Assembly (NCBI RefSeq): GCF_018350175.1
Contig: NC_058368.1
Span: 147,748,001 to 147,812,000, forward strand
Reading direction: 5' to 3'
DNA: 64,000 nucleotides
Source: Felis catus
Taxonomy: Eukaryota
Shown here piece after piece: positions 38,525-51,259 of the stretch. Under the pieces are notes generated by a model, which was not told the origin of the DNA, searched no databases, and saw nothing but the letters and a program-made list of their open reading frames with translations. The position numbers and the translations under genes are program-made. Positions within the stretch are counted from its first letter, which is position 1; each line of letters starts with the position of its first letter.

Positions 38525-38534
38525 TCAATAGTTA

Positions 38535-38747
38535 TTTTTTTATTTCTTTTCAATGTTTATTCATTTTTGAGAGAGAGAGTGTGAGCGGGGGAGAGGCAGA
38601 GAGAGAGGGAGACCCAGCATCTGAAGTAGGCTCCAGGCTCTGCACTGTCAGCACAGAGCCGGATGCGGGGCTGGAACTCCAGAACCATGAGATCATGACC
38701 TGAGCCAATGTCAGATGTTTACCTGACTGAGCCACCCAGGCGTCCCT
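38535..38747 (-). mobile_element. Can-SINE (older subfamily)
   Basis: gagatcatgacctgagcc...gactgagccacccaggcgtccc. Confidence 0.93.
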
Positions 38748-39020
38748 CATTATTTATTAATTTATAAATAAACTTAAAAAAAAAAAACTAATATTTACCT
38801 TGAACTTTAGTGTTTTTATGTGCTTTCACATAAATTGTTACTTCATTTACATTATAATGGTAGTTTCACTAGTGATTCTTACCTTTAACATATGGGGAAA
38901 CTAAGGCTCAAAACATTTTAAGGAAATTTTCAATACTCAATATTCAATATTAGTGAAACAAATTTAGAACTCAAATCTTGATCATTGAACCTCATATATT
39001 GGTCTGTTTTATCATGCTGC

Positions 39021-39459
39021 CGAAGGGTGTTAGTATATGTCACTCCAAAATATGCCACTTTGGTATGAAGGTTATTTTGATCTAAAGGCACTTGCAAAAC
39101 AGCAAGTACAAAACACTGGGCCTCCTCTTTCCTTCCTGAAGGCAGGAGAGGAAACTTCCACATGAAAGATGTCCTCTCTTTAACAGAGAAGAAGAACGTC
39201 CTAAGAGATGGGGAGCCCAGGCTGAGAAAATTCTGTACAGATATTGTCAAAAAACGACTTTTATCTTTCTTTAGTGTCGCCATATATTTTGGTTAATTTT
39301 CCACAATTGCTTCTCTTTGTTCAGCTTAGTATATAAGCACTTAGGTTTTGCCACTTCTTTGAACTTTCACTTCCTTAATGAAGACTCAGGGAGTTACAGT
39401 TACAGAGCCCCAGCTGAGACCTAACATGGGTAGAGGAAAGATTTTTTTTCTCCCCTATA
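39021..39459 (+). mobile_element. MER34-like ERV1 LTR
   Basis: tatgtcactccaaaatatgccactttggtatgaaggttattttga...tctcccctata resembles the recalled MER34 consensus. Confidence 0.8.
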
Positions 39460-40996
39460 CCACTCAAGACATTTTTAAGAAAACATTAATTATTTTCCCT
39501 GATTAGATCTCTATAGAAAACCAATAAAATTATAAACGGAGTTTAAACTGAACCAGAAATAGTTCTGTATATGGAAGAAGAATTTGGATAATTAAAGTTA
39601 ATAAATTATGACAGGCAAAAATAAACACAAGCATATGCAATTAAACTAGTGCCACTGAGGACCATATCAGCTATCTGACAGAAATCGCATATGCATGTTA
39701 TTTATGTAGTTGGATAAAATGACAGCACAACATAAGAACTGTGTCACTCTAATCTCAAGTCTCATGAATACAATTATTCCTTAAAGGAAGAAATTATTTT
39801 AGTTTATGAAAGGATGAAAAAAATGACCCACAGAAAGATAGAGAAAGAAAACCAAATATTCTTCCCAAGTCAAAATTCTCAGCTTGTGTAGGGACTTTAG
39901 TTTAATAGCAGTGCCTACTCTCTGGTGCACTCTGAAGGGATGAGCCAAACCCTTAGAGATGTTACATTTTTGACATTTCATTAACCATAGCTCTTTCTTT
40001 TATTTTCAATAGAGCCAAGTTAAAGTTGCAGATCCCATGGCACATGTGCCCTAGTCAAGTATCTCCTTTGTCAATAACACAACTTCTAATTAGATGTGGT
40101 CTAGCAATTTCGTATGAGATATGGAGATTAAACCATGTATTTTTTAACCAAATTAGGTAAACATCAAAGGTTTTTGAAATTCATTTCAAGACAAGAGATT
40201 AGCTTATTCAGCCTCTCCCTGCCTATTACAGCTTCATGGGAGGCTTACCTGGTAGTACCATGGAATGTTCCTATAACTCAAAGTTCTATAAGCTTTTAGA
40301 TACTCAGTGAGATGTGTTGACTTCATTCAGAGCTCCATAGGGTATACAACTATATATATTTTTAATACTTACCAGTGAGTGTGCAAAACAGGGCCCTTAG
40401 ACACTAAGAGCCTGCCTTGGCCACTTCCAATTATTTAGGCTCCCTGGTAATTTGAAAGAAAACAAAGTGTAAAACCATAGTCACAAAAAAATGTTAATAT
40501 TTTACATTTGACTAGCTCAACCATAAAACACACAAAATACAATGACTTAAATGTAACAACATTACATTTAAGGTTCTTTTTTGAACGTGAAATTTAGGCC
40601 AAATGTACTTTTTGGTTTCTCCATAAAATAAGCCTTGATATAACAGTCTTAACCTCGTCAGGGGTGTGGAAAAACCAAAGTTTGAGTTTAAAACTTTTGG
40701 AAAAACCAAACTGTAGTTTCTCAAATAAACATTTTTAAAAGAATACTCAATTAAATATAGGTATTATAGTTAACAGTAGAGTGTGTGTGGGGGGGGTAAA
40801 TATTGGCTCTGTTATTTGTTAGCTGTATAAACTTATGTTTTGTTTCCTCTTTTGTATAACGCGAATAATATTACTTATTTTATGGGGTTGTTGTAAGGAC
40901 TAAATGATTTACTATTTATGAAGTGCTTCAGAGAATTCCTTGACACATATGCATATATATCTCTTGTTAAATAAATAACAAAAAGCATTGTATATT

Positions 40997-41385
40997 ATGT
41001 TAGTCAACTTCTGTAACAAACACCCCCCAAATCTCAGTGGTTCAAATTAATAGAATTTTGTTTATAACAATATCATGTGAGTTTGGAGGCTCCACAGAAA
41101 AATCATACTCAAGGGAGTCAAATAGCATAATAGTTCACTTCTGTGGTTCTCTCATCCCGCTGTGCCTCTCAGGTATCCTCTGCATTCAGCTGGTTGACAC
41201 ATACATGAAGAGAGTATATGGAGGCTTACTTAGTGTGTTTTACGAGAGGTATGCAATTTCTACTCACACTAGACCTCAGTGGCATGGCTCTGTCCAAGTG
41301 GAAGAAGGCTGGGAACTGGTAGTCTTTCTGTAAACACAGGACAAGGAAACATGGTTGATTTACGTCTGATGAACCAGGAACATAA
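40997..41385 (-). mobile_element. Old MaLR LTR (MLT1J/K/L-like)
   Basis: tgtaacaaacaccccccaaatctcagtgg...ggaagaaggctgggaactggtagtc. Confidence 0.6.
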
Positions 41386-41789
41386 ATAATAAATGTCACA
41401 TAAAGATTTTATCCAAAAGAGTTTGAAAAAACTCAGCCCCATGGTACTCAAAGTTTATAAAGAATCTCAAATGAATTTTTGCCTTCCACATTCTTTTTTA
41501 TTCCAATAAAGATGCAGGAGTCAGTCATATAAAGATGGGGAGTAAGATTGGCAATTAGGTATCTTTTAAATCAATTGGAAATTATTGTTAGTTTGACCAT
41601 GTAAATACAATAGCTCTAGTGTATTTATGAAGTCTGTTTTTCTTTTGGACAGATCTAGTTCCTTTCCCTCTCCCCACCTATTTTTGGTTTGTTTGTTTTT
41701 TATGACCCTAAAAACCAATTTCTCTAAATATTTTATCTCTATTTTAGAGATAAAATAGCTGATTTTATCTCTAAATATTTCTGAACGGC

Positions 41790-42450
41790 ATCCGTTTCCC
41801 TCCATCTCTTTGGGATAACTTGAGATCAAATTATCATTTTTTCTTGCCTGGACTATCACATTGACTTCTGAACTGCTCTCACAGTATCTACCTTTGCTTC
41901 CTTCCAATTTATTCACTGCAGCCATTTGGTTTTATCCCCTAAATCTTTTTATAACCAGCCCATGTATTTAAGTCTGTTCCACAAAATTCTAATGTAACTG
42001 ACCCAGGTTTCCTTTGGTGTCACTCTTTATCTGATCTCTACCACACCAGTCATCCTTCACTTCCAGGACATATTGGAATGCCTGCTGCCCCAGGGCTCCA
42101 GCAAATGCTATTCCTTATGTCCACAAGTTTCCTTCTCCATGCATTGGCTACTGAATTCCTAGTTATATATGAAATATCTGAGATAGTTCTTCAAAGAAGC
42201 AGTGACCACCTAGACTATATATCTCTTTGTTTACTTTTACACTGCACTCTTAGTTCTCAGTCACAGCACTTTTTTTTTGTAATTGTAACTAAATAATAAA
42301 TGCTGCCATTAGATATATAATCTCTGTGTCCTTACTAAAATGTTACCCACAGAAGAGTGTGTTGATCAGAACATTATCTCTAGCACCTGGCAGTATGTAT
42401 TACAAAGAAATATTTTGTATTATAAAGAATAGGTATGTATGAATCAATGA
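41790..42450 (+). mobile_element. L2 3' region
   Basis: cttgcctggactat...tctagcacctggcag...gaat tail. Confidence 0.7.
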
Positions 42451-43688
42451 GGCTCATTTCAATTCCACATCACCAGATAACTTCATTCATTTCCCAATTT
42501 ACATTTGATGTCTTATAATATACCAAGGATTATGCTACATGTTATAGATTCAAATTTGAATAATACTCTGGTCTTCACGTTGCTGATAACACAGTGTGGG
42601 GACAATAAAGAATGGAAATAATTAAAGGCAATAAGCAGTATATGGGTACAAAGTTCATGAAGAAGCAAATGAATATACATATATATTTTAATGAGGGGAT
42701 TTTCGGGAAGAGTAATATTTTGGTAATTTTCATTCTGCTTGTCATTGAAGATCTTGATTATCTATCAATTTGGGGAGGACAGGTGCCTGCACAAAGCCCT
42801 GTGAACTTAAATTCCAAAGCCATCACTGATTTATGAAATCAGTCTCCTTCTGAGAAAAAGATAATACTATCTTGTTGGAGACATTACTGATTGAAAGGAA
42901 GAGAAACAAACTGACTAAAAGAGGTTCATTTTAGAGGTACGAAGAGGTACCGTGGAATCCAGAGCAATAGCTGGAGGTAGCTAATAAATATAATGATGAA
43001 AATGTTTTTTGAACCCTTGCTTTATTCATGCATTGAGGTAAGTGCCACACAAATATCTCAAATTAACTAGGTTTCAACAAAAGTGACAATCAAAAAAATT
43101 GTGAAGAAAGACTACTCTCAACTGCAATTTTCCCTATTTGTCTTCATGAGCTCCTCTACCTTCTTGTTCTTGTATCTAAATCTTTTAACTGGAAAACACT
43201 TGTCCAATGATTTTCTTCATTTTTTGATAATTTACCATGACTGACTCCTCATTGTGAATTTCATAGCTCAACAATCTTACATTCCCAACTTTATATACTA
43301 AACAAGATACAAAAAATCTTTATATTAATATTATATTAAGCCCATTAATTTTATGCATTCATTCTTTTAATTTTCTTTTATTGATGCTTTACATAGTATA
43401 TCCTATGTACTAGGTATTGACTAGAAATATGACAGAGAAAAATACTGTTTAATGTCTGTGACCCAGGTAACTCTCCAGTTGCCAGCACCATTCAATGTAG
43501 ACCCTAATTGAAAAGAAAAAACAAAAAACAAAAAAACAAAAACGTTTCATATACAAAACAAACATTTGAAACAGAAGAACTTACCCAGAGGTAACATAGT
43601 CAAGAAGAAAAAGGGAATCAGTAAAGTAAATATAATAATGATCTATGGAGTTATTTTGAGGGGATAACACATTCGTTAAAAAATGTGA

Positions 43689-43891
43689 GGGGCGCCTGGG
43701 TGGCGCAGTCGGTTAAGCGTCCGACTTCAGCCAGGTCACGATCTCGCGGTCCGTGAGTTCGAGCCCCGCGTCGGGCTCTGGGCTGATGGCTCAGAGCCTG
43801 GAGCCTGTTTCCGATTCTGTGTTTCCCTCTCTCTCTGCCCCTCCCCCGTTCATGCTCTGTCTCTCTCTGTCCCAAAAATAAATAAACGTTG
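43689..43891 (+). mobile_element. Very young felid SINE (SINEC_Fc-like)
   Basis: Near-consensus sequence; TSD aaaaaatgtgag (43678-43689, 43892-43903). Confidence 0.97.
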
Positions 43892-44189
43892 AAAAAATGT
43901 GAGACACTCTCCACTTTTGTATTAAAGGAAATCATATAAGCTGGAAATCCTTTAGCTATAAAGCCACAAGAAAATTTCCCGAAAATACTGAAAACACACT
44001 CACATAGTACAGCTGACCTGTCAGGGGACTAAGGAAAATCCATCGGTTTTCTGCACGAGAGGGAAAACTGAAAATCCAAGGGACGAAGCACAGGCTGAAG
44101 CTTTCATGGTGGTGGTGGTGGTGAAGTACAGGTGTATGGGAAGGGAAGGGGTGGTTGCCTATCTCTTTAAATAAAGGGACTTTTTACCT

Positions 44190-44330
44190 CTAACTTTTTA
44201 TTTTGATGTAAGTTCAGAATCACAGAAAAGTTGTAAGAGTAGTACACAGAATTCCCATATATTCTTTGAGATTCCAAAAATGTTGAAATCTACTTACATA
44301 TACTTTTTAATTTCTTCAACCACTGTCTTT
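44190..44330 (-). mobile_element. L1MC-like 3' end fragment
   Basis: aactttttattttga...tcacagaaaagttgtaagagtagtaca. Confidence 0.6.
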
Positions 44331-46458
44331 CCCTTTGCATTCATTTGAGAGGTATCATGTGAGGATTATTTACTGAAATTAAATGAAAAAGTAATGAACC
44401 AATTGTTAAACTAATTTTAAAAAGCTAGGATAGTACAACTAAAAAAAGATGAAGGAGAAATTAGCATGTTCCCTAAATTCAGATATGAATATTATGTACA
44501 TAGAAACTTCAATTACTTTATCTAAAATTCTCTACTGATAAGACATACATTTTGAACGAAGAGATTGTCACTATGGAACTCAGTAGCCAAACCTTTGAAC
44601 TCCTGGATGTTTGATAATACAGAGAGTTGCTCCATCTCAGAACTGTGAGAAACAATTTCATCATAAATTACAGTTTTATGTATCCGGGTGATTGTTAACC
44701 AGCCGTAGTTGTTTTAGTTTGTGCATACCTACACAGCCAATTCTAACATCTTTGGGGTACAATAAGAGTAAAATGCATTCACTAATGTAATAGAAAGGAA
44801 TATGCTTTCTATTTAATTATTACCTTAGGAAAAATGATTGAGAACACAAGAAATCCCTGCTCACATTTTACACTTGATTTCATTATCATCAATACCTCTA
44901 GTAGTCTGAGATCATTTATCGGCTTATAAACATCTCTTGAAACCTATTCTGTGGAAAATATGTTTTCTGAAATTGTTCTCTACCATTAGTGGCTTCTTAT
45001 ACAGAATACATGCTGTCAAAATTCCCTTTAAAAAGTGTCTCTGTAAACACACAGATTAGTTTAACAACTACAGCTATTTGCTTATCTTTACTCATCTTCT
45101 GCATACAAATACACGTCTGTTTTCTATTATTGTTTACTTACAACTGAAACTTAATTATTTTAAAGTCTTACTGATTCACTGGGTACTCACAAACTAAGTT
45201 ATCTAAAGATTTCTAGATACCATTTTATGCTACTTTATATTCATAATTTGACTTCTGCTTATGTGATGAGTCTAAAAATAGTTGAAAATATGTTTCTAAT
45301 GCTGATATTCTACTTAAAAGAAACCCAAGACAATAAAGTAGTAGTTTAGAAAGATAGTTCTAAGAGCAACATTTCCATGTTTGTTGGAGCTGGCTCTATG
45401 CTGGTAATGCTGATAAAAATGTGCAATTAATTATTCAAATGGTTTCCAAACCTGAGTTTAAATTATGCAAGTAGATTTCAATAAAATTTGCATCATTAGA
45501 AAAACATTCAAAAATATTCATTCACCTCATTTTACCTAGAAATACACTACCTGAATTTCAACTTGATGCTAAAACTGCAGTTAGGCCTGTAAAGTCTACA
45601 AGACACATATCTGCAATTTTTGTGGACTAAATTTTGTCTGAAGAGCAGATAGATACCAATTATTTTTTGGCTACACAAGGCAGAATATCTGCAGATATCC
45701 TTCAGTGAAACAGAATATCCTAGCTTGAATGAAACATTTCTAAGCGCTGAATCAGCAGAAATTTATGCCAGTCCATAGCTTAGTGCTGGGGGAACTTCTA
45801 CCTGCAGCCCAATGACCACATGATGACCCTAACGGACCTTATTGGACTAGGGAAAGCTAAGCCCCAGGGCATCCATTAGTTCAGCTAAAACTTTAATGTG
45901 AAGAGAATGGAATTACTTCACACTCCAATTTAAAAATCAAACAAATAAACAAAAAAACAGCTGTAATCTAAATTTGTGAGAGGAGCTTGAGGAAACTGAG
46001 AAGAGAAGACAGTCACTGAAGAAAGCAGAAGTGCTAGAAAAGAAGGGTAGAGATGGATTCCTGAGTCGGATGGGCAAGGACATTCACCTGGTATTCCTGA
46101 CTTTGTTCCTCTGGAAGAGCAAGCACTGTTATCGTTTGTTTCTTAGATTCTATGAGATCTTGCTGACCTTAAAATAACATTTCTCTGTATTTTTACTCTA
46201 TTTTTCATCTATTCTGAAACTTGAATGAGGCTGTTTATTAAAACCAAGATAACAGTGGATAGGCTGAGAGATTCAAATCAGAAAAGACAGGAGACCTATG
46301 GTAAAGTCCATGGACTTACTGAGTACATAACTTTTTTATTAAATAGAGCCTAATATCCCATCACATATGTCCAAATTTTGCTAGACTAAGAAACATTAAC
46401 ATAAAGCAGATAGAGGGCATACTATAGGCAAAGTGATTGTAGGAGTGATTTGCAAATG

Positions 46459-46506
<48 letters not shown>

Positions 46507-46523
46507 TTTATTCATTCATTCAT
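46459..46523. repeat. (TTTA)n(TTCA)n simple repeat
   Basis: Direct reading. Confidence 0.93.
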
Positions 46524-47385
46524 TTTGGTAGATGTGTACTATCTCAGAAATATTCAGTAAATACTCACTGTTTTCGTTAACATATTGATAATGCTGATAA
46601 TTACATATTTTCTGCATTTGGTTAATTTATCAAGGCAGGATACTAATGAGGTTATAGTTACAGATCGTATAGTCAGCTCAGTTCCATTTAAGTGACCACA
46701 GATTGACTTCTCACCTCAATAAGTCACCACTGTTGTGTATCATTAACTGCAATGAGGACTAAATTAAAGTGTGAGATTGCATCTGCAAAACGATGACTAC
46801 TTTAGAAAAATAATTCAAACCTTGTGCTTTATTTATTATGGGTCACTAGCTTCATCTTTGCGTATGAAAACTAGGATAGTTTATATCTTTCATGATGAGA
46901 CAGAAAAAAGCAGGCCTTTTTAACATTTTTTTGTCCCTGTGCATTTTCATATAGAAGACTCTTTTTAAAAATATCTTGAAATGTAAATTAATCCTTGCTT
47001 AAAGTTTGGAAGACTAATTTCTATTTTTTAACAATTACATCAGCCATTTTAATTGTTTTGATTGTCTGATCTAGCTTTTCCATATAATTGCTCTAAGAAG
47101 AGACACTAACAATTAAAGTTGCTCATGCAATTAGAATAATTATCTTACTGTTCTAAACTTACAGTAGATCCAGTGGAATTATTAATGGCAGCAGTCAAAT
47201 ATTATGTAAGTAAATTAGATTTTTTTTACCTCCACTGATTTGATTTGCATTAACTTTTTATATTAAAGAGAAGGGAAGTCTGAGAAAAGAGCAGAAATTA
47301 CAATGAATTATAGAGTAAGAATTTAGTAAACGAAAAGCTTCCAGAAAACTGTAAGTCCTGTATTTTTCAAAGATAAAAATGTAAT

Positions 47386-47600
47386 GGGTAGCCCAGGTGG
47401 CTCAGCTGGTTAAGCATCCAACTCTTGGTTTCGGCTCAGGTCATGATCTCCCAGTTTTGTAGGTTCAAGCCCCCCGCTGGGCTCTGTAATGACAGTGGGG
47501 AGCTGCTTGGGATTCTCTGTCTCCTGAGAGTCCAGAAGGTCTGTTCCTCTCCCACTCACGCTGTCTCTGTCTCTCTCAAAATAAATAAATAAACTTAAAA
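47386..47600 (+). mobile_element. Can-SINE
   Basis: ggtggctcagctggttaagcatccaactcttggtttcggctcaggtcatgatctc; flanking aaagataaa. Confidence 0.92.
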
Positions 47601-47806
47601 AAAAGATAAAGCTTTAAACAAATAAAAATTTAATGAACTTCTAATCTCAGGACAATTTCTGAATTACTCATATAAAAGTTGTAGGTGGTTCACCAGGGCT
47701 TTACTTAAAGTTGGTCTTGAAAGACTTCAGATTATAACCCTGGGTCAATTTGAATAATGGTAAATATTTATTTTATGGACCAAATAGTATTCTGTAAGAA
47801 TTTATA

Positions 47807-48114
47807 GCAAAGTTTCTCAAACTTTCTCAGTTTATGGGGGGGGTGTCTCAGTATTTCTTTTTCACAATACCCCTAGGGAAAAAATAGTTCTATTTATTAA
47901 AAAGTTAGGTGCAAACAATTTAATAAGCTTTTACATTCTAATAATATCATCCTTAATAAGCATGTGTATCCTTAATATATCGCATTATTGTCTTTAAGAA
48001 GCATTTATATCTTAATTCCATTTGAAAAATAATGCAGATAAAATAGAAAACAAAACAAAACAAAGCATCGTATTCCAAATAACCACTATCACAGATGGGA
48101 CGTCTGCACCTTTC

Positions 48115-48115
<1 letters not shown>
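47807..48115. mobile_element. hAT-Charlie DNA transposon fragment
   Basis: tttctcaaactttctcagttt...gtgtctcagta...agttaggtgcaaacaatttaataag...aaataaccac resembles a recalled Charlie consensus; subfamily uncertain. Confidence 0.6.

Positions 48116-48152
<37 letters not shown>
48116..48152. repeat. (CA)n microsatellite
   Basis: Direct reading. Confidence 0.97.
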
Positions 48153-48154
<2 letters not shown>

Positions 48155-48816
48155 AATAAATGGCAAGTAGGTGAAATTCTTGAGTGTCTACCAGATGCTA
48201 ATTAAGTGAATTAATTCTCCTTGCTACATCTTGAGTTTAAAAAGGAACCCAAATTGTATTATTGCATTAGTCTCTACTTTTTTAAATGTAAAGAGGAAGT
48301 TTACATTGTAAATGTAAAAAGGAATGTGGGCAACACATTAAATCAACTATGCTTACATTACCAAATTCCCATAGCTAAGTGCATGTTTTGACCCAGCACT
48401 CATTAAATACCTTATTACTGGATCTGAATGACAAGCTCCAGGGAATCTCAAACTTAATACAATTCTTCCCAATCCCACTCTGTAAACTAATGCAACTTCA
48501 ATTCTGAGATTCATTTTATGAATAGATTTTGTACCTCAGAGAATATTTCTCTTTCTTTAAACCTACTATGTTGTAAGAAAGATGCATAAGTGTACATACA
48601 CATAATATAGTTTTATGTTTGATTTGACTATAATAGAATATTATAATCACAATAAACCATTTTTGTGATCAAATATAAGGTAAATCCCTACAGATTATTA
48701 CATAAAGATTTTTTTCAGGATCTTATACTGGTACACAAAATGTATATATGTAGATATATTATTTGATATACATTGGATTATCTTATACATGTTGTTCAAT
48801 TTTTCCCTGGCTGGCA

Positions 48817-49016
48817 CAGGGTTGTCAGATTGAGCACAATTTAAAAAAGCAAATACAGGATTTCCAGTTAAATTTAAATTTCAGAAAAACAAAAATACAG
48901 TTTTAGTATTCTTATGTCCCAAATATTAGATGTTGCATAATTATACTAAAATATTATTCCTTGTTTATCTGAAATTCCAACTTAACTGGGTGTCTTATAT
49001 TTTATGTGCAACCCTG
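48817..49016. mobile_element. MER53 MITE (hAT)
   Basis: TIRs cagggttg...caaccctg; inner arms ccagttaaatttaaatttcaga / tctgaaattccaacttaactgg. Confidence 0.88.
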
Positions 49017-49204
49017 GTAGGCAGTTTTTTTTTTTAATTTTCTTTTTTTTCTTTCTGTCTGCCTCTAGCTTCCTTGCCCCATCCCTTTATCCATTACTCC
49101 ACTGTCCTAAACAAGACAACCTATGTCACAATATAAAAAGTAAATCCTTTGAATATTTATTTATTTATTTATCTATCTATCTATCTATCTATCTCTGTAT
49201 CAGT

Positions 49205-49665
49205 TTTTATAACAACAATAGCCGTTACTGAGTGCTTACTATACAAGGCCCTTTTTAAAAGTTTATTTATTTTGAGACACAGAGAGAGAACATGAGCAGG
49301 GGAGAGAGAGATGGAGAGAGAGTCCCAAGCAGGCTCCACGCTGTTAGCACAGAGTCCAACGTGAAGCTGGTATCCAAGAACCGTGTGAGAACATGACCTG
49401 AGCCGAAATGAAGAGTCAGACACTGAATTGACTGAGCCACCCAGGAGGCCCTAAAATGCAAGGCACTTTTAGGTATGTTACTTACGTGTTCAGTTAATTC
49501 CCAGAAAAGCAAACCCTGTAAGTACTTCTAATAGCCTCATTTTACAGATTTAGAAAATGAGGCTACAAAGGTTAAGCAACATGACTGAAGTGGTGCAACT
49601 AGGAAATCACATACCAAAACTTGGATTTAGACCCTGGGATAGTGACTTCACATTTTAACCACATA
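49205..49665 (-). mobile_element. MIR interrupted by a SINE
   Basis: tactgagtgcttactat...cattttacagat...tgaggct...aggttaagcaac. Confidence 0.75.
49252..49452 (-). mobile_element. Can-SINE
   Basis: Standard body; degenerate TSD caaggc(c/a)ctttt. Confidence 0.92.
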
Positions 49666-50910
49666 TTGTGTTTTATACATACATTTATATACCTGTGTTT
49701 TACAAATATTAAACTGAGAGGTCACCTAGGAAATGCTGAGATCGGAAACTCTGGCTGCCCAAATCCAAAAAGTTCAGATAATTCAATTTTCATAAGCCCA
49801 CTCTTGCATTATAGCTAAAATGGTATTGTAAAATATAGCAAATTAGCATTATAATAAAGTTTGTTTCAAAACTTTGTGTGGCATAAATTATGACTATTGA
49901 ACCATTTGATTTTTTCAAATCTTATTTCTCTTACTATTTTTCTCTCTACATTTTTCTCTTTCATGTACATATGAAAAGGAAGAGATAGTACAGATTTTAC
50001 ATCATTGTTTATTATAAAAGTATAGATATAAATGTAGAAAATATCTATTAATATTTTTACCAAGCATGTGTGCTTAATCTTAAATTTTTTGGTTTTTGTT
50101 TTCTTTTTAGTTTGTATGCCGGTGTAGGTTTTCTAAACAAGAACTATGCACTTACATGTCAAGTCAGTTTGAAACACATAGTAACCATGGTTATCTGAGT
50201 CCCAAACTACCACATTCCAATGTTAGTGAGCCAGGCTTGAAAGCAGAGAAGATCTTATAGCTTTTCTTTTATATCTGAACTATAACATGTTTTCAAAACA
50301 CTGGGGTAATAAATTCTGCACTGTTTAGACAGGAAAAAAAATGTTTCTAAGTTAATAGCCCTCTACCAAAATTTGAGATAAAAAATTGAAAAAATTTATC
50401 CATCCACTATCTAGTATTTTCAAATTGTGGTTTTCTATACTAACACATTTGTGATTTAATTCTACATTAATAAGAGCACAAATGTGAATGCCATGTATAC
50501 TTTCTTCAAGAACAGGCAAAGCCAATACTTAATAATAGCACTGAATAGGTTACATGAAACCTATACAGAGCTGTGCTGACAAAAATAAAAAAAGTATTTG
50601 ATTATTAGAAAAAGTATCAGTATATGTTTTTAAAAAATATTTTAAGTGTCTAGTAATCTTAGAGACAAAGACCTTCAAATCCTGTTGAATATGTTGATAC
50701 AAAGAGTGATCATTATAATGACACATTTTAGGGAGCATTATGGAGATACTACTGCTAATGAATAATAAATAATAAAATGAATTGTAATAATATAAATAAT
50801 TATATCAATAATATGTATTGAATGATTCCTATGGGTCAAGGATCTTTTAAGGGTGATAGATATATCACGATATTTATTTAACCATCACATGGTCATAGTG
50901 GGATGGACAG

Positions 50911-51259
50911 TGTCTTAGTCTGTTGAGTCTGCTATAGTCACACACCACAGATTGGGCGGCTTACAAAGAGCAGACATTTATTGCTCACAGTTCTGCCAGC
51001 TGCAAGTCTGAAATTAGGGTGCCAGCATGTCAAGTAAGGACCCTGTTCCAGGTCACAGACTTCTAGTTGGTTCTCACATGGTGAAGGGTTTAAGGATCTC
51101 TCGAGAGCCTCTTTTATATGAGTACTTACCTATTCAGGAGAGCTCCACTCTCATGCTTTAATCACCTCTCAAAGGCTCTACCTATTAATACCATCACCTT
51201 TTATACTTAGGATTTTAACATATGAATATTGAGGGGACACAAACACTCGGACCATAGCA
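50911..51259 (-). mobile_element. MaLR solo LTR (MLT1A0-like), full length
   Basis: tgtcttagtctg...atttattgctcacagttctg...ggggacacaaacactcggaccatagca. Confidence 0.92.

Noticed and set aside
45740..46250. Possible ancient LTR-like sequence (also 58620-59220)
   Set aside because: Too diverged to assign termini or family by eye
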